A stretch of 63,593 bases of DNA, the filler included, from Craspedostauros australis (lineage: Eukaryota): the NCBI GenBank assembly GCA_030167865.1. It is 15 parts of 15 records of this genome, joined end to end, with 100 filler letters (N's around TTAATTAATTAA, not from the genome) between each part and the next. Parts side by side here need not be neighbours in the genome. Positions count along the whole stretch, not along the records: positions 21,843 to 25,056 come from JALAGF010006517.1; positions 25,157 to 27,936 come from JALAGF010006518.1; positions 28,037 to 35,786 come from JALAGF010006519.1; 12 more parts are not named here. One strand, 5' to 3'. The position numbers and the translations under genes are program-made. Position 1 is the first letter of the stretch. Every line of letters begins with the position of its first letter. The notes under the pieces are model-generated. The model searched no databases. It saw only the letters and a list, made by a program, of their open reading frames with translations, and had not been told where the DNA came from. Positions 22,527-35,786 of this stretch are shown here, in pieces.

Positions 22527-24401
22527 GATGAGATGCATGATGAGATGAACCAATACTGCAAGATGAGATGTACATGGAGTACATGCTGCATGCCATGATG
22601 AAGCAGGAGGACAGCACTGCATGAGCAAGGGCAAGACTGTGTGCTACTGTGGATTATGTATGCTTTGGCAAATGGAATNNNNNNNNNNNNNNNNNNNNNN
22701 NNNNNNNNNNNNNNNNNNNNNNNNNNNNNNNNNNNNNNNNNNNNNNNNNNNNNNNNNNNNNNNNNNNNNNNNNNNNNNNNNNNNNNNNNNNNNNNNNNNN
22801 NNNNNNNNNNNNNNNNNNNCCACCACCAACACTAGCCAACATCACCATCATCGACATGACCACCATCTACACTCAAGACCATCGCGAGTAATGGTCCCCT
22901 GTGTGAAGAGAGAGGAGAGCAAGCCGTTCTGGAGCATGATGCTCCTTGCCAATGGATGCCAAGATCGGCATGGTGACCCCCACACGAGCAACGATATCAA
23001 GACGATGATGATGATCGAATCGAGCACCACCGCGAGTCCACCAGCAGAGTGGAGACCGCAGCTGAGGCAAGTACAGACACTACATGTATTTCTGGAAGCA
23101 AGGAGGCGCTCGGAACACGCGCATTGGAAGAACTGTCCATGGTCATGGGACCATGAAGTCAAGGAAGGCACGGAAGCCTTCACGGCTGTGTTGGAGTACG
23201 AGAGCAAGCTGTACGCAAGAAGAGATTCGGACGCAGCAGACCACGCTCTCGGATGCATCGGATTCAGCAGACTGCGCCATGAGGGCGAGATAGCTGACAG
23301 AGCTCACCAAGATGCAATTGAGGTAGCAATGAGAGCTTCCAACTTACCCTGCAAGAACGGAGCTGCCTCATCAGCACTCGGTCGATATGGAAGCCGAGAT
23401 GGACGAGGAGCAACACTGGTCGCTGATGCTGAACGTCTGTGCGCATGGCGCGCGCGACGCAATCGAGCACGAGCATGCAGGCAGGGATGATAAGATGAAG
23501 AGCAATCAAGATCTACGCAGAGATGGGCATGGCCCACGGTCGCGATCACATCAAAGGGTGACGCGAGGAGCAGCAACGGAAAGCATCGAGATGATCACGT
23601 GGCACTGACTGCCATCATGTGATACATGCTCGAGGGCTGGGTGCGATTCCTACTGTGAGATGACCGAGATGGTAAGGATGCAACCTACCAGGCCAAGAAT
23701 TGGCAACAACAACGAAAATAGCAACACAGGAAGTGTGTGCTTTGGTGAGAAGGGAGAGCGCTGGAACAAGCTGGACGGGAGGTCCTTCCGCGCTTCGATC
23801 CCAGGCTCAATACGAAAGACGAGGAACAAGAGATGTCCTCGCCATCGGAGAAGACGATGATTCAAGACACCCGCAGAGCCATGAGCCTCATCTACGACCG
23901 CCACCGTATCAAACACGGTTATAAGTGCGCACGAGGCAATGGCAGTGAGAGAGTGAGAGATGGATGACACTGACAACGGATCGGTCGGTTCAGGAGCAGA
24001 TGCCCTAACCGCGATGCCCACGACAGTGAAATAAAGGAAGCTTGGTCGGCCAAGGTCGCGACAGACAAGATGGACGGGATGGATGACATCGCTCTCATCA
24101 CAACCGACGAGCCGATGTCCATGCCCATCAACGAAAATGTGGTCGGCATCAAAAATGTGACCAACACGAAATTTGTGGCCATCACCGAAATCGCGAACAA
24201 CGACCAAAAATGTGACCATGTGAAACCACACGATGATGCGCGACGACAACGCGATCACGAACAACATGGCACTCGTAACAATCAACAATGATGGGGTTTC
24301 CGACTTCGACAGCGGAACACCAGTCAACGACTATGAATGGACCAGGGAGGAGATAGCTGAGTACACTCCAGGAGTGTATAGCTACTACGGGTCTACGAAG
24401 G

Positions 24402-25056
24402 TGATAATCAGCAATTCAATACAGGACAGGCACCAAACACTGCACTTACTCCTCCGCCAGGGTGATCAATCCGTCAGGTGANNNNNNNNNNNNNNNNNNN
24501 NNNNNNNNNNNNNNNNNNNNNNNNNNNNNNNGTGATAATCAGCAATTCAATACAGGACAGGCACCAAACACTGCACTTACTCCTCCGCCAGGGTGATCAA
24601 TCCGTCAGGTGAAGCTGGAATGTTTGGTGATATTTGTTGCTAAGTTATTGGTGTATTCAATTGATGATTGAGTTTGGATTATGAGATGATGATCTCTTCA
24701 TTCTAATGATGGTGCCTATTGCACGGATTCCTAACGTGCTGCTCGATTACCTCGTGGTTTATCTCGCAGTCTTTCCTAAAACATTGCCCAAGATGGCATG
24801 TTGATTTACACGATATNNNNNNNNNNNNNNNNNNNNNNNNNNNNNNNNNNNNNNNNNNNNNNNNNNNNNNNNNNNNNTCTGTTTGATCATATATGGATTG
24901 ATCCGTCTACGTCGACGAGGTGCATGCATCACCTCTGACGATGTTGTTCTGGATCCTAAATGTTGTTGCCATGTGCTCGATGATGCACTCGGCTAGGCTA
25001 GACAGGTCAGCATACCATGACTAAAATATAATCTCGATTCCGAGGATCACAATGAC
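24402..25056 (-). mobile_element. LTR family C, partial
   Basis: Collinear with 2871-3400. The first 80 bp are duplicated across an N gap. Confidence 0.8.
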
Positions 25057-25156
25057 NNNNNNNNNNNNNNNNNNNNNNNNNNNNNNNNNNNNNNNNNNNN
25101 TTAATTAATTAANNNNNNNNNNNNNNNNNNNNNNNNNNNNNNNNNNNNNNNNNNNN

Positions 25157-27936
25157 GTTCGCGATGTCTGGTCGCGAGTGCTTGATGAGGAAGAGTAGCA
25201 TACCGACGCCTTGGCGGTATTCGGCATGTTCTTCCGGTCCAACCTTCTGCAGTCCGTTATCTTCGGATGGTCGTACGATGATTTGACCCGGGGTTCCCGG
25301 TGTCGCATAGCGTTGCATCTTCTCAACCTTGGTTCCGAACTCTTCGATGAGATGTCGGATGAGGTGTGGTTGACGCAATGTCGCTCTAGTCTTGTCATGG
25401 TTCAGTTCGATGTTGCAGCTGAGGTAGTCTCCGAGTCCGCGCTCGATTGTCACCTTGAATTTTCTGCCTTGGATGTCCTTTAGGAATGTCTCCAGTGCCT
25501 TGGAGTCTCCGCAGCAGAAGCAATCGTCCACGTAGATGGCCACGATCGTGCTTCCTTCGTTCGTCTTCCTGTAGAACAGGCACGGGTCTGCTGCGCTCTG
25601 TTCGAAGTTGATATTCTTGAGGGTCGACACCAACATCTTGAACCANNNNNNNNNNNNNNNNNNNNNNNNNNNNNNNNNNNNNNNNNNNNNNNNNNNNNNN
25701 NNNNNNNNNNNNNNNNNNNNNNNNNNNNNNNNNNNNNNNNNNNNNNNNTCGAGGTCTCCGTGTAGGAATGCCGTTACGACATCGACGAGTGCGCAGTCCA
25801 TCTTCTTGATCAGCATGATCACCATCATGACTCGATAAGTCACGTCATGAATTACGGGTGAGTAGTGTTCTTGGAAGTCCACTCCTGCGATTTGTGAATA
25901 GCCACATGCAACGAGCCGCGCTCGATGTGTGCCATCACGTTTCAGCTTGAAGACCCATTTGCATTTGCAGCATCTGCGGCCGCGTGGGATGGCGTCTCGT
26001 TTGATCTTGCTGTACACTTTGCGTGTNTCCATGGAGTCGAACTCCTTCTTGATGGCTGCTCGATATCCCTTTCGATGGATAGGGTCTGGATGATTGAAGG
26101 CTCCATCGAATGTCGTTGGTTCGATGTGCTTCTCTGGTTCTTTGTTCTTGTCCTGCATCGACAATCCGATGTCGATCGCTGGTGATTCGGTAATGATTGC
26201 ATTCATTCCGTACAGTCCTGTTGTGCTATAGTGAGTGATCTCAATCTCTCCTTCATCTGCAATTTCTTCGTCATCTGTAGTTTCGTTGTTGGAGTCGTCG
26301 ACCATTTCGTCGCTGAGTTCATCACTGTCTTCATTGGATGATGGATCGCTTTCATATCCTTCTTCCTTTCGACCTCGTTCGTTGAAGTCTGCGAGCTCAC
26401 GCAGAGCTCTAGGAATACTCTTTCCTGTAGTCGGTTTGGGATTAGCTTCTCCCTTCCTGCCTCGTGCTTCGTGACGTCGGATCCTCTCCTTTCTATCTAT
26501 ATATCACGTTTGCTTGGCTTACTCGGTGGAGGTCTGGATGGTGTACCTTGTGTAGACCTCGCTGGTGTGTTCGGAGGAGTAACGCCTGTGTCATCGTCGG
26601 CTTCGTCACTGGATGGTGTGATCTCGTCATCCTCATGATTGGATTCGCTCCGATCTTCCTCGTCGTTATGAACCAGTTGAGTTACTACTCCGTCGTCCTC
26701 ATTATCCTCATCGTCGCTGTCCGATAGGATGTAGTACCTGTTGCTGTCAGCGAAAGATACTCTCTTCGNTTCCGATGTTTGACGCGTTGCCGTCCTTGGC
26801 GTTGCTCCCTTCCGTCCGATGGTTGTGAAGCCGTCTGCGTCCGTTGTTCCTGTTTCGTTGGATATGTTCGGTGCTGGTGCCCAGCCACAGAACTGTCCGT
26901 ATGATTGGTTGAGCCACTTGATGTCGCGTGAGCAGACGAGTGACTTGGTCGATGGCCTGTACATGTTATAGACCCCTGATGCGTGTTGGTGTGCATATCC
27001 GATGAACACCATCTCTTCTCCTCTATTCTTGAGTTTGGCGNNNNNNNNNNNNNNNNNNNNNNNNNNNNNNNNNNNNNNNNNNNNNNNNNNGCCTCGTGCT
27101 TCGTGACGTCGGATCCTCTCCTTTCTAGCTATGTCACGCTTGTTTGGCTTGCTCGGTGGAGATCTGGATGGTGTGTCATGTGTAGACCTCGCTGGTGTGT
27201 TCGGAGGAGTAATGCCTGTGTCATCGTCGGCTTCGTCGCTGGATGGTGTGATCTCGTCATCCTCATGATTGGATTCGCTCCGATCTTCCTCGTCGTTATG
27301 GGTTAGTTGGGTTACTGTTCCATCGTTCTCATTATCCTCATCGTCGCTGTCCGATAGGATGTGGTACATGTTACTGTTAGCGAAAGATACTCTCTTTGCT
27401 TTCGATGCTTGACGCGTTGCCGTCCTTGGCGTTGCTCCCTTCCGTCCGATGGTTGTGAAGCCGTCTGCGTCCGTTGTTCCTCTTTCGTTGGATATGTTCG
27501 GTGCTGGTGCCCAGCCACGGAACTTTCCGTATGATTGGTTGAGCCACTTGATGTCGCGTGAGCAGACGAGTGACTTGGTCGATGGTCTGTACATGTTGTA
27601 GACCCCTGACGCATGTTGGTGTGCATATCCGATGAACACCATCTCTTCTCCTCTATTCTTGAGTTTGGCGGTAATCCCGCCGTAGGTAGTCTTCACAACA
27701 CCCACCTCTCCGAAAGTGCGGAGTNCATCCGCNTATGGTGGATCGTTGCCNAAGAATTGTCGATGTGGTGACTCCTTTTGATTCTTCGCTACGGTGATGT
27801 TGGCGATGGCGGTGGCAGTGCTAGCAGCTGCTGCCCACAGGCCATGTCTATGCTCTTCGTCGAGCTGTGCTCCGTTGAGCATGGAGCGGATCTTGGTGTA
27901 GAGGTACGCGAACTTGCGTTCTACTCTACCGTTCTG
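25157..27936 (-). mobile_element. Ty1/copia pol fragment (integrase C-terminus, SH3-like region, acidic linker, RT)
   Basis: LWAAAASTAT, LRTFGE, KLKNRGEEMVFIGYA, KWVFKLKRDGTHRARLVACGYSQ, DVVTAFLHG, YVDD, SRPDIAN. Two diverged copies of the linker region flank a gap. Confidence 0.92.
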
Positions 27937-28036
27937 NNNNNNNNNNNNNNNNNNNNNNNNNNNNNNNNNNNNNNNNNNNNTTAATTAATTAANNNNNNNN
28001 NNNNNNNNNNNNNNNNNNNNNNNNNNNNNNNNNNNN

Positions 28037-29210
28037 ACAAGGTCAACGACGACGAGTGCACCAACAACTGCAAACTCCCAACTTGCGGTGACGGCATCAA
28101 GCAGGACGGAGAGCAGTGCGACGACGGCAACAGCGTCAATAACGATGACTGCACCAACAACTGCAGACTCCCACGCTGCGGTGACGGCATCAAGCAAGCC
28201 AACGAGCAGTGCGACGATGGAAACGAGGACAACACCGATGGCTGCACTAACGCCTGCAAGCTCAATCAATGCGGCGATTTTTACAAGCAAATCCACGAAG
28301 AGTGCGACCTTGGGCCAAACAATAACAACGGCCCATACACCCGCTGCAAGACCGACTGCAAGCTCCCACGCTGTGGTGACAACCATGTCAGCTACACACA
28401 GGGTGAGGGCTGCGATCTCGGAGAACAGAACTCCAATGGTCCATACACTGAATGCAACGAGAACTGCAGGATCCCGAGCTGCGGCGATGGCCTTGTCAAC
28501 AAGAGGCTCGGCGAGGAGTGCGATCGTGAAGGACAGAACTCTAACGGCCCCAACGCCCTGTGCACCAAGGATTGCAAGCTTCCGGTGTGCGGCGACGGTA
28601 TCAGGCACACGGGTGAGGAATGCGATGACGGAAACAACGACAACAATGATGGCTGCACCAACAACTGCACGAGGGCGCGACAGCTGCACCAACCAATGCA
28701 AGAAAGCACGATGTGGCGACGGCATCCTGCAAGGCGACGAAGAGTGCGACAACGGCAACAATAACAACAATGACAGCTGCAGGAACGACTGCAAGAAAGC
28801 ACGATGTGGCGATGGTATCATCCAACCCGGTGAGGAATGCGACGACGGCAACAACAACAACAACGACGACAGCTGCACCAACCAATGCAAGAAAGCGCGA
28901 TGTGGTGATGGGTTCAAAGCCCCCAACGAAGAGTGCGACGACGGCAACAACAACAACTTCGACAGCTGCACCAATCAATGCAAGAAATCACGATGCGGCG
29001 ACGGCATCGTCGGACTTCATGAACAGTGTGATCTCGGACCTCACAACTCCAATTCCCCCGGTGCACCGTGCACAACCAAGTGCCAGAAGCCAAGATGCGG
29101 TGATGGCACCCATCACAATGGAGAGGAGTGCGACGACGGTAACACGAACAACTACGACAGCTGCACCAACAATTGCAAGACAGCACGATGTGGCGACGGT
29201 ATTATCAGAT
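28037..29210 (+). pseudogene. Cys-rich tandem repeat protein fragment (DUF4215 / Myxococcus-type CGDG...EECDDGN...C...C), frameshifted and truncated
   Basis: About 14 repeats such as CGDGIIQPGEECDDGNNNNNDDSCTNQCKKAR. The reading frame switches near 28680. The repeat stops abruptly into AT-rich sequence after 29210. Confidence 0.75.
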
Positions 29211-29528
29211 CAAAATTATATATTCACCTTAGTCTATGTCTAATCTTGTTCTCCATAGAATGCGTCAGGTCACACATGAGACTTTTGGTCATGAGCTGTT
29301 TTCTCTTTCTCTGTTGACCTCATTTCCCACAACCCTCGATGCACCTCAGATACCTGTCTTGGTGTCTGAGGATGGTAGCGAGCTAATACATGGACGTCAG
29401 GCCCTGCCTGCCATCGTCCTTATGTGTACATGAACATGTATGTCTGAATCCCTGTGAATCCACCTTCACAGGGCATGTCTACTGTCTTGTTGAGTGAATG
29501 TATCTGAGCATCTTGGCTCAGATACTGT

Positions 29529-30180
29529 TGATAATAGAGCTAAACTAGTAACCACCTTAGCGAGAGAGACTACGAATCATCCGACTCGTCAGCATTCCCG
29601 TAGGTCGAACGGACACTTCGCCGAACCCCACGTTTGGAGACAGATCCAGAACCTTGAAGCAGATCTTCGGAATTCGTGTCAGGGAACCAATGGGGTTCCG
29701 ATAACCAAGTTTCTGACACCCACCATCGCCAAAACGCCGACGCACGGAACCAAAGCCACAACAACGAGCATCATCGCCCATTGTCTCTCACAGAACCCAG
29801 ACAACAGATCTCGACCCACAGTACTTGGGCTACACAACCCACACGCATTGTCATACAGGACATCACAGGAGATTCCCCTCGAAGAGAAGAACCATAGCAC
29901 TAATNNNNNNNNNNNNNNNNNNNNNNNNNNNNNNNNNNNNNNNNNNNNNNNNNNACAACCCACACGCATTGTCATACAGGACATCACAGGAGATTCCCCT
30001 CGAAGAGAAGAACCATAGCACTAATCTCATAATCCGCATGTTTCTTCACCATCTACCAGTATTCTAAATTGACTACTTGTGGAACAGAAGACTCTCGTCC
30101 GGATCGCTTGCCAGTCAAGCCTCTGCCTACAGCTAAAGAACAGCCAACAAGACAACAGCCATTACGTTTGGGCTCTATTA
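29529..30180. mobile_element. LTR family D, copy 1
   Basis: Starts TGATAATAGAGC, near-inverse of the GCTCTATTAACA end of copy 2. Direct repeat of 31345-31869. Confidence 0.75.
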
Positions 30181-31344
30181 GTTGAAACAGGTCTCTCTTT
30201 GTAGCTCAACACTGACCCAGTAGACCCTGATTATATTGATGTTTTTTGTTTGTGTTGTCTGTACTAATAGTGGTTATTGTTGTCAGTGTTGTTGTCAGCT
30301 CATTGTGAGATCAATTTCATCTCATCTGCTTTCTGGGTCTTGATGTGCGATTCATCATCGCCTTTCACCACGTCTTATCCTGTCATTCTGACAGTTGCTT
30401 GGCCAGAATCAACTGCTTCATTCTTCAATTTCTACTCAGTGCACCGTGTTGTGACATGCCTTCATGTTTCTGCACGATTGGATGTCTTGCTTCTTGGTGA
30501 TCTGCTTGTTTCTCACACATGGTTGACATGTCACATAACATAGTCATCAGACTCCATCACATGGACTCTGAATCTCATCATGTGATCTCCAGACTCCATC
30601 ACATGATCTTGGTCAGTTCTTACCCATGGTGTCGGTCAGTCGTATTTTGGTCCCATATCTCAATTTCCATGTTCTCCGAATCATCCATTATTTTCTACTT
30701 AGAGTCACGATCAATCACACATTCGCCAATGACAGATCCAAGATTCTCATTTTGGACGACCGAACCCGGTCTCACATTTTCCAAAATAATCCGTCTGTCT
30801 CGACAAGATACAAGTTCATCAATCCCATCAAATTTGGCAAGATCACATTTCTGTAATGATCGGATTTGTTGCATGCATCGTTGTTGTTCCAAGAAGCAAG
30901 GTTGGAATTGGAGGCGCCATGAACCTCCTTCATTCTTGCAAACTCGACAACAACTTCATGCTCTGCAATTCATGCTCTGCAATTCATGCACTGCAATTCA
31001 TGCACTGCACTTCATGCACTGCTGTGTGCTGCAACACATGTTGCCTCAGCACCATTTACATCATCACATCTCCATCTGCTCACAATTCAGACTTCAACAG
31101 ATCTGAATTGGGCCAGCTATCCATCATCTAACATCTTATTAACAACTCAGAGCACACTGACAACTATCAACAGCTTCACTCTACTTCCTTTGACAGACCT
31201 GATCACTCCCAATTTCGAAGTAAGTGCCCATTATTGTCTGTGTTCTATCAGATTAACAGTCACAATCGCCTACATCCTGTGCTGAACGCGTGAACCATCG
31301 TCATTTCTCATTGTCATTGAGCATTCAAAAAATAACATCTAATT

Positions 31345-31869
31345 GAGCTAAACTAGTACCCATCTTAGAGAGAGAGACTACGAATCATCCGACCCGTCAG
31401 CATTCCAGTAGATCGAATGAATACTTCACCGGCCCCCACGTTTGGGGACAGATCCAGAACCTTGAAGCAGATCTTCGGAACCCGTGTCAGGGAACCAGTA
31501 GGGTTCCGATAACCAAGTTTCTGACACCCACCATCGCCAAAACGCCGACACATGGAAACAGAGCCCCAGCAACGCGCATCATCGCCCATTGTCTCTCACG
31601 GAACTCAGCCAACGGATCTTGACCCACGGTACTTGGGCTACACGACACATACACACTGTCATACAGGACACCACAGGAGATCCTCCCCGAAGGGAAGAAC
31701 CATAGCACTAATCTCATAATCCGCACGTTTCTTCACCATCTACCAGTATTCTCAATTGACTACTTGTGGAACAGAAGACTCACGTTCGGACCGCTTGCCA
31801 ATCAAGCCTCTGCCCAAAGCTATCAACAGCCAACAAGACAACAGCCATTACGTTTGGGCTCTATTAACA
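31345..31869. mobile_element. LTR family D, copy 2
   Basis: Direct repeat of 29529-30180, ends GGGCTCTATTAACA. It lies ~300 bp upstream of the gag ATG. Confidence 0.75.
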
Positions 31870-32170
31870 TCATCTTGCAACATCACATGACGACGTGAAG
31901 TTGATTCCATCTCTGTGATCACAGCTTTGCTGCACAGAACATCAGAGCCAATCGGCTTGTGCACACTCACTTCCATCACTATTAGACGCATTTGCCAGTG
32001 ATATCAATTGCCTTGTAACCTGAATACTCCATCAACACATCATCCATTTGGTATTGATCACATCCGATCTGCAAGCACATCATCCATTTGGTATTGATCA
32101 CATCCGATCTACCAACACATCAATCAATCAATCAATCAATCAATCAAGCACAATCAAACTACAACCCAAG

Positions 32171-34402
32171 ATGACTACTACTGTTTCCGAAGCTGAGATT
32201 TTCGCTCATGTGCTGAGCATCATCGGCATCACTGCAGGTACCAATCAACGCGACCTTCTGGAACATGAAGAGATCAACAACATGTCGGATCTCCTGCTCC
32301 TTGAGCGCGACGACCTTGTTGCAATGCGGTTCATGAGCGCTGATGAGGATGGAGAGCCTTTCTCGTCCCAACTCAATGGGCCAACCATCCGCAAGATCCT
32401 CGCCCTCCATCGGTGGTACCAACTTCAGGACAACCCTACGTTCGCCACCTGGTACCGCATCACCGGACATTCCCTCGCTGAGTCGATCGCCACCCCTCAT
32501 GTTGACCCATCGGTTGCAGCAGTTCCGCAAATCCCTGACAAGGCCACTTCGCCTGCAACAGCTGGAGCAGCATTCTCTCGCCTTCAGGACTTTCAAAAAG
32601 GGATGAAACGTGACAGCGGGCGGTTCCCGAAGCTCAAGGAGGACAAGTACTTCCTGTCCTTCAGACGCACATTCGCGACTGTCGCCGCATCCCAAGGCGT
32701 ATCCAATGTCCTGGACCCCGACTACAAGCCGCCAACTGAGGATCAAACCCTCTTCGATGAGCAGAACATCTTCGTCTACGGTGCTCTCGTCCTCAGCCTC
32801 AAGACTCAGAAGGGTCAAGGTTGTGTCCGGCGTTTCGAGGATTCCATGGATGGTCAGGCTGCCTACGCCACTCTGCTTGCAGAGTAAGCCTCTGGTGTGA
32901 CAGCTGCCAACTCCGCCAAAGCACTCCGCACATCTTTGGAGTCCCTCAAGCTGGACAAGGAATGGCAAGGTACCCAAGAATCCTTCCTTGATGCTTGGTC
33001 CAACAAGGTTCGCGACTTGGAGACAATCCAAGATCATGCCGTGTCCCCCGAGCGCAAGCGCGACTGGCTTGAGGAGTCTATCTCCCAGGACGCCGAGCTG
33101 CATCGACCACTCTTCGAGTCTCAGTACCTTGAGGCGTTCCTTGATGCCATGAGCATTGCCGGAGTCTCCAGAGACTTCACCCTCGACTTTGACAAGATCT
33201 TCTCACTGGTGCGCAGTCATGCGCAGCGCTTGGATCATGTCAAGCCCCGTGGACGTACCAATCGCAAGGTCCACAATGCCAAACACTCTGGCACCAATTC
33301 TGGTGCACATTCGTGGAGCAAGGACAAGGACTATTCGAAGGATCCTCGTCCCCATGTCCCTCATGATGAATGGACAAAGATGGACAAGGGCCAATGCCAA
33401 GCAATCCTCCAAGCAAAGGGGAAGTGGGATCCCAACCGTTCCAAAGACGGGCGCAATCAATCTGCCAACAAGACAGACAAGACTGCTCTCAAGACCGGAT
33501 CCGAGTCCGCATCAGGCAATGAAGATGCTGCGGCCAACGACTCTGCGCCGCGTGCACCACCAGGCGATGCCATCAGCCGCATGCTCGCCAACGCCAAGAC
33601 GACCAGATCATCTGACGTGCCTGCCATGTCCTACAAGGGGCAGACCTGGCGTCTCGCCAACCAAGCCGCGATTCGCTACGAATTTCATAAGACATCCCAG
33701 GAGCTACACGGATCTCTCGTTGACAGTGGAGCCAATGGTGGTCTCGCCGGAGATGATGTCGTGGTGCTGTGCAAGACCGGACACACCGCTGATGTCAACA
33801 GCATTGGAGATTAAGCCATCGGCAACCTTGACATTGGTTCTGTTGCTGGACTCGTCCAGACCACTGACGGACCAATCATCGCCGTATTCCATCAATACGC
33901 GCTGTATGGGAAGCACAAGACGATTCATTCCGCCAATCAGCTCGCCTCCTTTGGCGTGGATGTCAACGAACGTCCCCGTGATCTACCTGGTGGCCGACAG
34001 ACCATCGTGACCCCTGGCGGTCATGTGATTCCATTGTCAATCCGCCAAGGCTTGTCGTACATGGACATGCGTCCTCCGACTCGTGCCCAACTCGATCAGC
34101 TCCCTCACGTCGACTTCACCGCCGATGATGAATGGGATCCTTCCTCACTTGACCATGAGCTTGATGTCGCCGACATCGCTCCACAAGATCCAGGACCTCC
34201 ATCGGATGACCGCAGCCATGCCATTGATGTCTTCGCTGTCGACCAACGCCCATCTGCGGACGACTCCATCGTCCCGACAGGCGGCATCCAACAACGCCCC
34301 TTGCCTATCGACTACGAGACACTCCGTCCGCACTTTGGGTGGATCCCTGCTCGCCGTGTGCGAGATACTCTTCGCTGCACATTGCAGTGGTACCGCACCG
34401 CT
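32171..34402 (+). mobile_element. CoDi-type Ty1/copia gag-protease region, defective
   Basis: Single frame with gag (FQKGMKRD..FPKLKED, VSNVLDPDYKP), protease LVDSGANGGLAGDDV, HQYA..KTIHS and GHVIPLSIRQGLSYMDMRPPT. In-frame TAA at 32885 and 33812. Cut at 34403 by LTR A. Confidence 0.9.
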
Positions 34403-35786
34403 TGTTGAGATGTACATGCGTGTATATGTCAAGATGTACGTATGTGTATGTGCATCGCTCACCCGCTATTCTCTTATACTCACATACGAACGGTACAACT
34501 ACATTCGTGTCGTAGTGAACTGTGATTTGGCAAAATCACACTACAAATGGAACACACGAAAATGAGCAGGATTTCTGGAGGAAATCTGTAAACAACGATT
34601 TCTGAGAGTATCAGGAACATCGTCCGTCCATCCATCCATGGGAACGTATGGCACCAAGTGAAACTTGGTATACGTCCCAACTAAACCTCAAATGACGATA
34701 TCCTCACCGAGACGTCGACATCATCGACGGAACGTGACATCTGGAGAGCAGAAGGACGACAACTGACGTTGACAGGATGTCATCATGTCACCACGTCGGC
34801 ATCTGTCTCCATGTCAGGAGCAGAAGGTGAAGATCAGATGACGGAAGTACATCAAGATCATGTAGCTACGAAGAGAGGTTCAAGTGGCAGGTACTCATGG
34901 AGTAGAAGCCAGTAGTGAATGAACGGAGTGTCGAATGCGGAGTACGCATCGAGCACGAAGTGTCGCGTAGTGCAAACACGCGACATCAAGAGAGAGAGAA
35001 TACGAGCAAGGGCGAGAGAGTATCTTGCATACCGACTCATGTCGGATCGAACCAGCCAATCTGTGAAGAGACAGACGCGCCGAGAGCATCGGGCGAGACT
35101 ACGGAGACACCGAGAGGATCGGAGTGCTTCAACTAATGAAATAGCAAACAGAAACAGTAACAACCATCATTGTCTCCACGATCGTAGGCTCCCAATATCG
35201 GGACTTGCCAACAAGATGCACGTGTATATGTGCATCGTTCACCCGTTATTCTCTTATACTCACGTACGAACGGTACAACTACACTCGTGTCGATAGTATA
35301 CTGTGATTCGTCAGAATTACAGCGGAAATGGAACACACGAAAAGGAGCAAGATTTCTGGAGGAAATTTGCAATCAACGATTTCTGAGAGAATTAGAATCA
35401 TCGTCCGCCCATCCATCAATGGTACCAAGAGAATCTTGAGGTACTTCCCAACTAAACCTCAGATGACGATATCATCTGACAGACTGCTGCATCACCAATA
35501 GAACGTGACATCTGGAGAGCAGAAGGACGCCTACTGACGTTGACAGGATGTCATCGTGTCACCACGTCGACATCTGTCTCCAAGTCAGAGCAGGAGGCGA
35601 AGATCCGATGACCGAAGGGCATCAGCATCATGGATACAGAAGGTGAACTTCAAATGGTGAGTACTCATGGAGTAGGAGCCAGTACTGAATGAACGGAGTG
35701 TCGAATGCGGAGTACGCATCGAACACGGAGTATCGTGTGCGACGAGTACACGATGTTGAGAGAGAGAGAATACAGAGAAGAGCGAG
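34403..35786. mobile_element. Two abutting LTR family A copies (full 34403-35213; 5'-clipped 35214-35786)
   Basis: TGTTGAGATG...CTTGCCAACA is directly followed by AGATGCACGTGTATATG, i.e. LTR A sequence starting ~30 nt into the unit. Confidence 0.85.
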
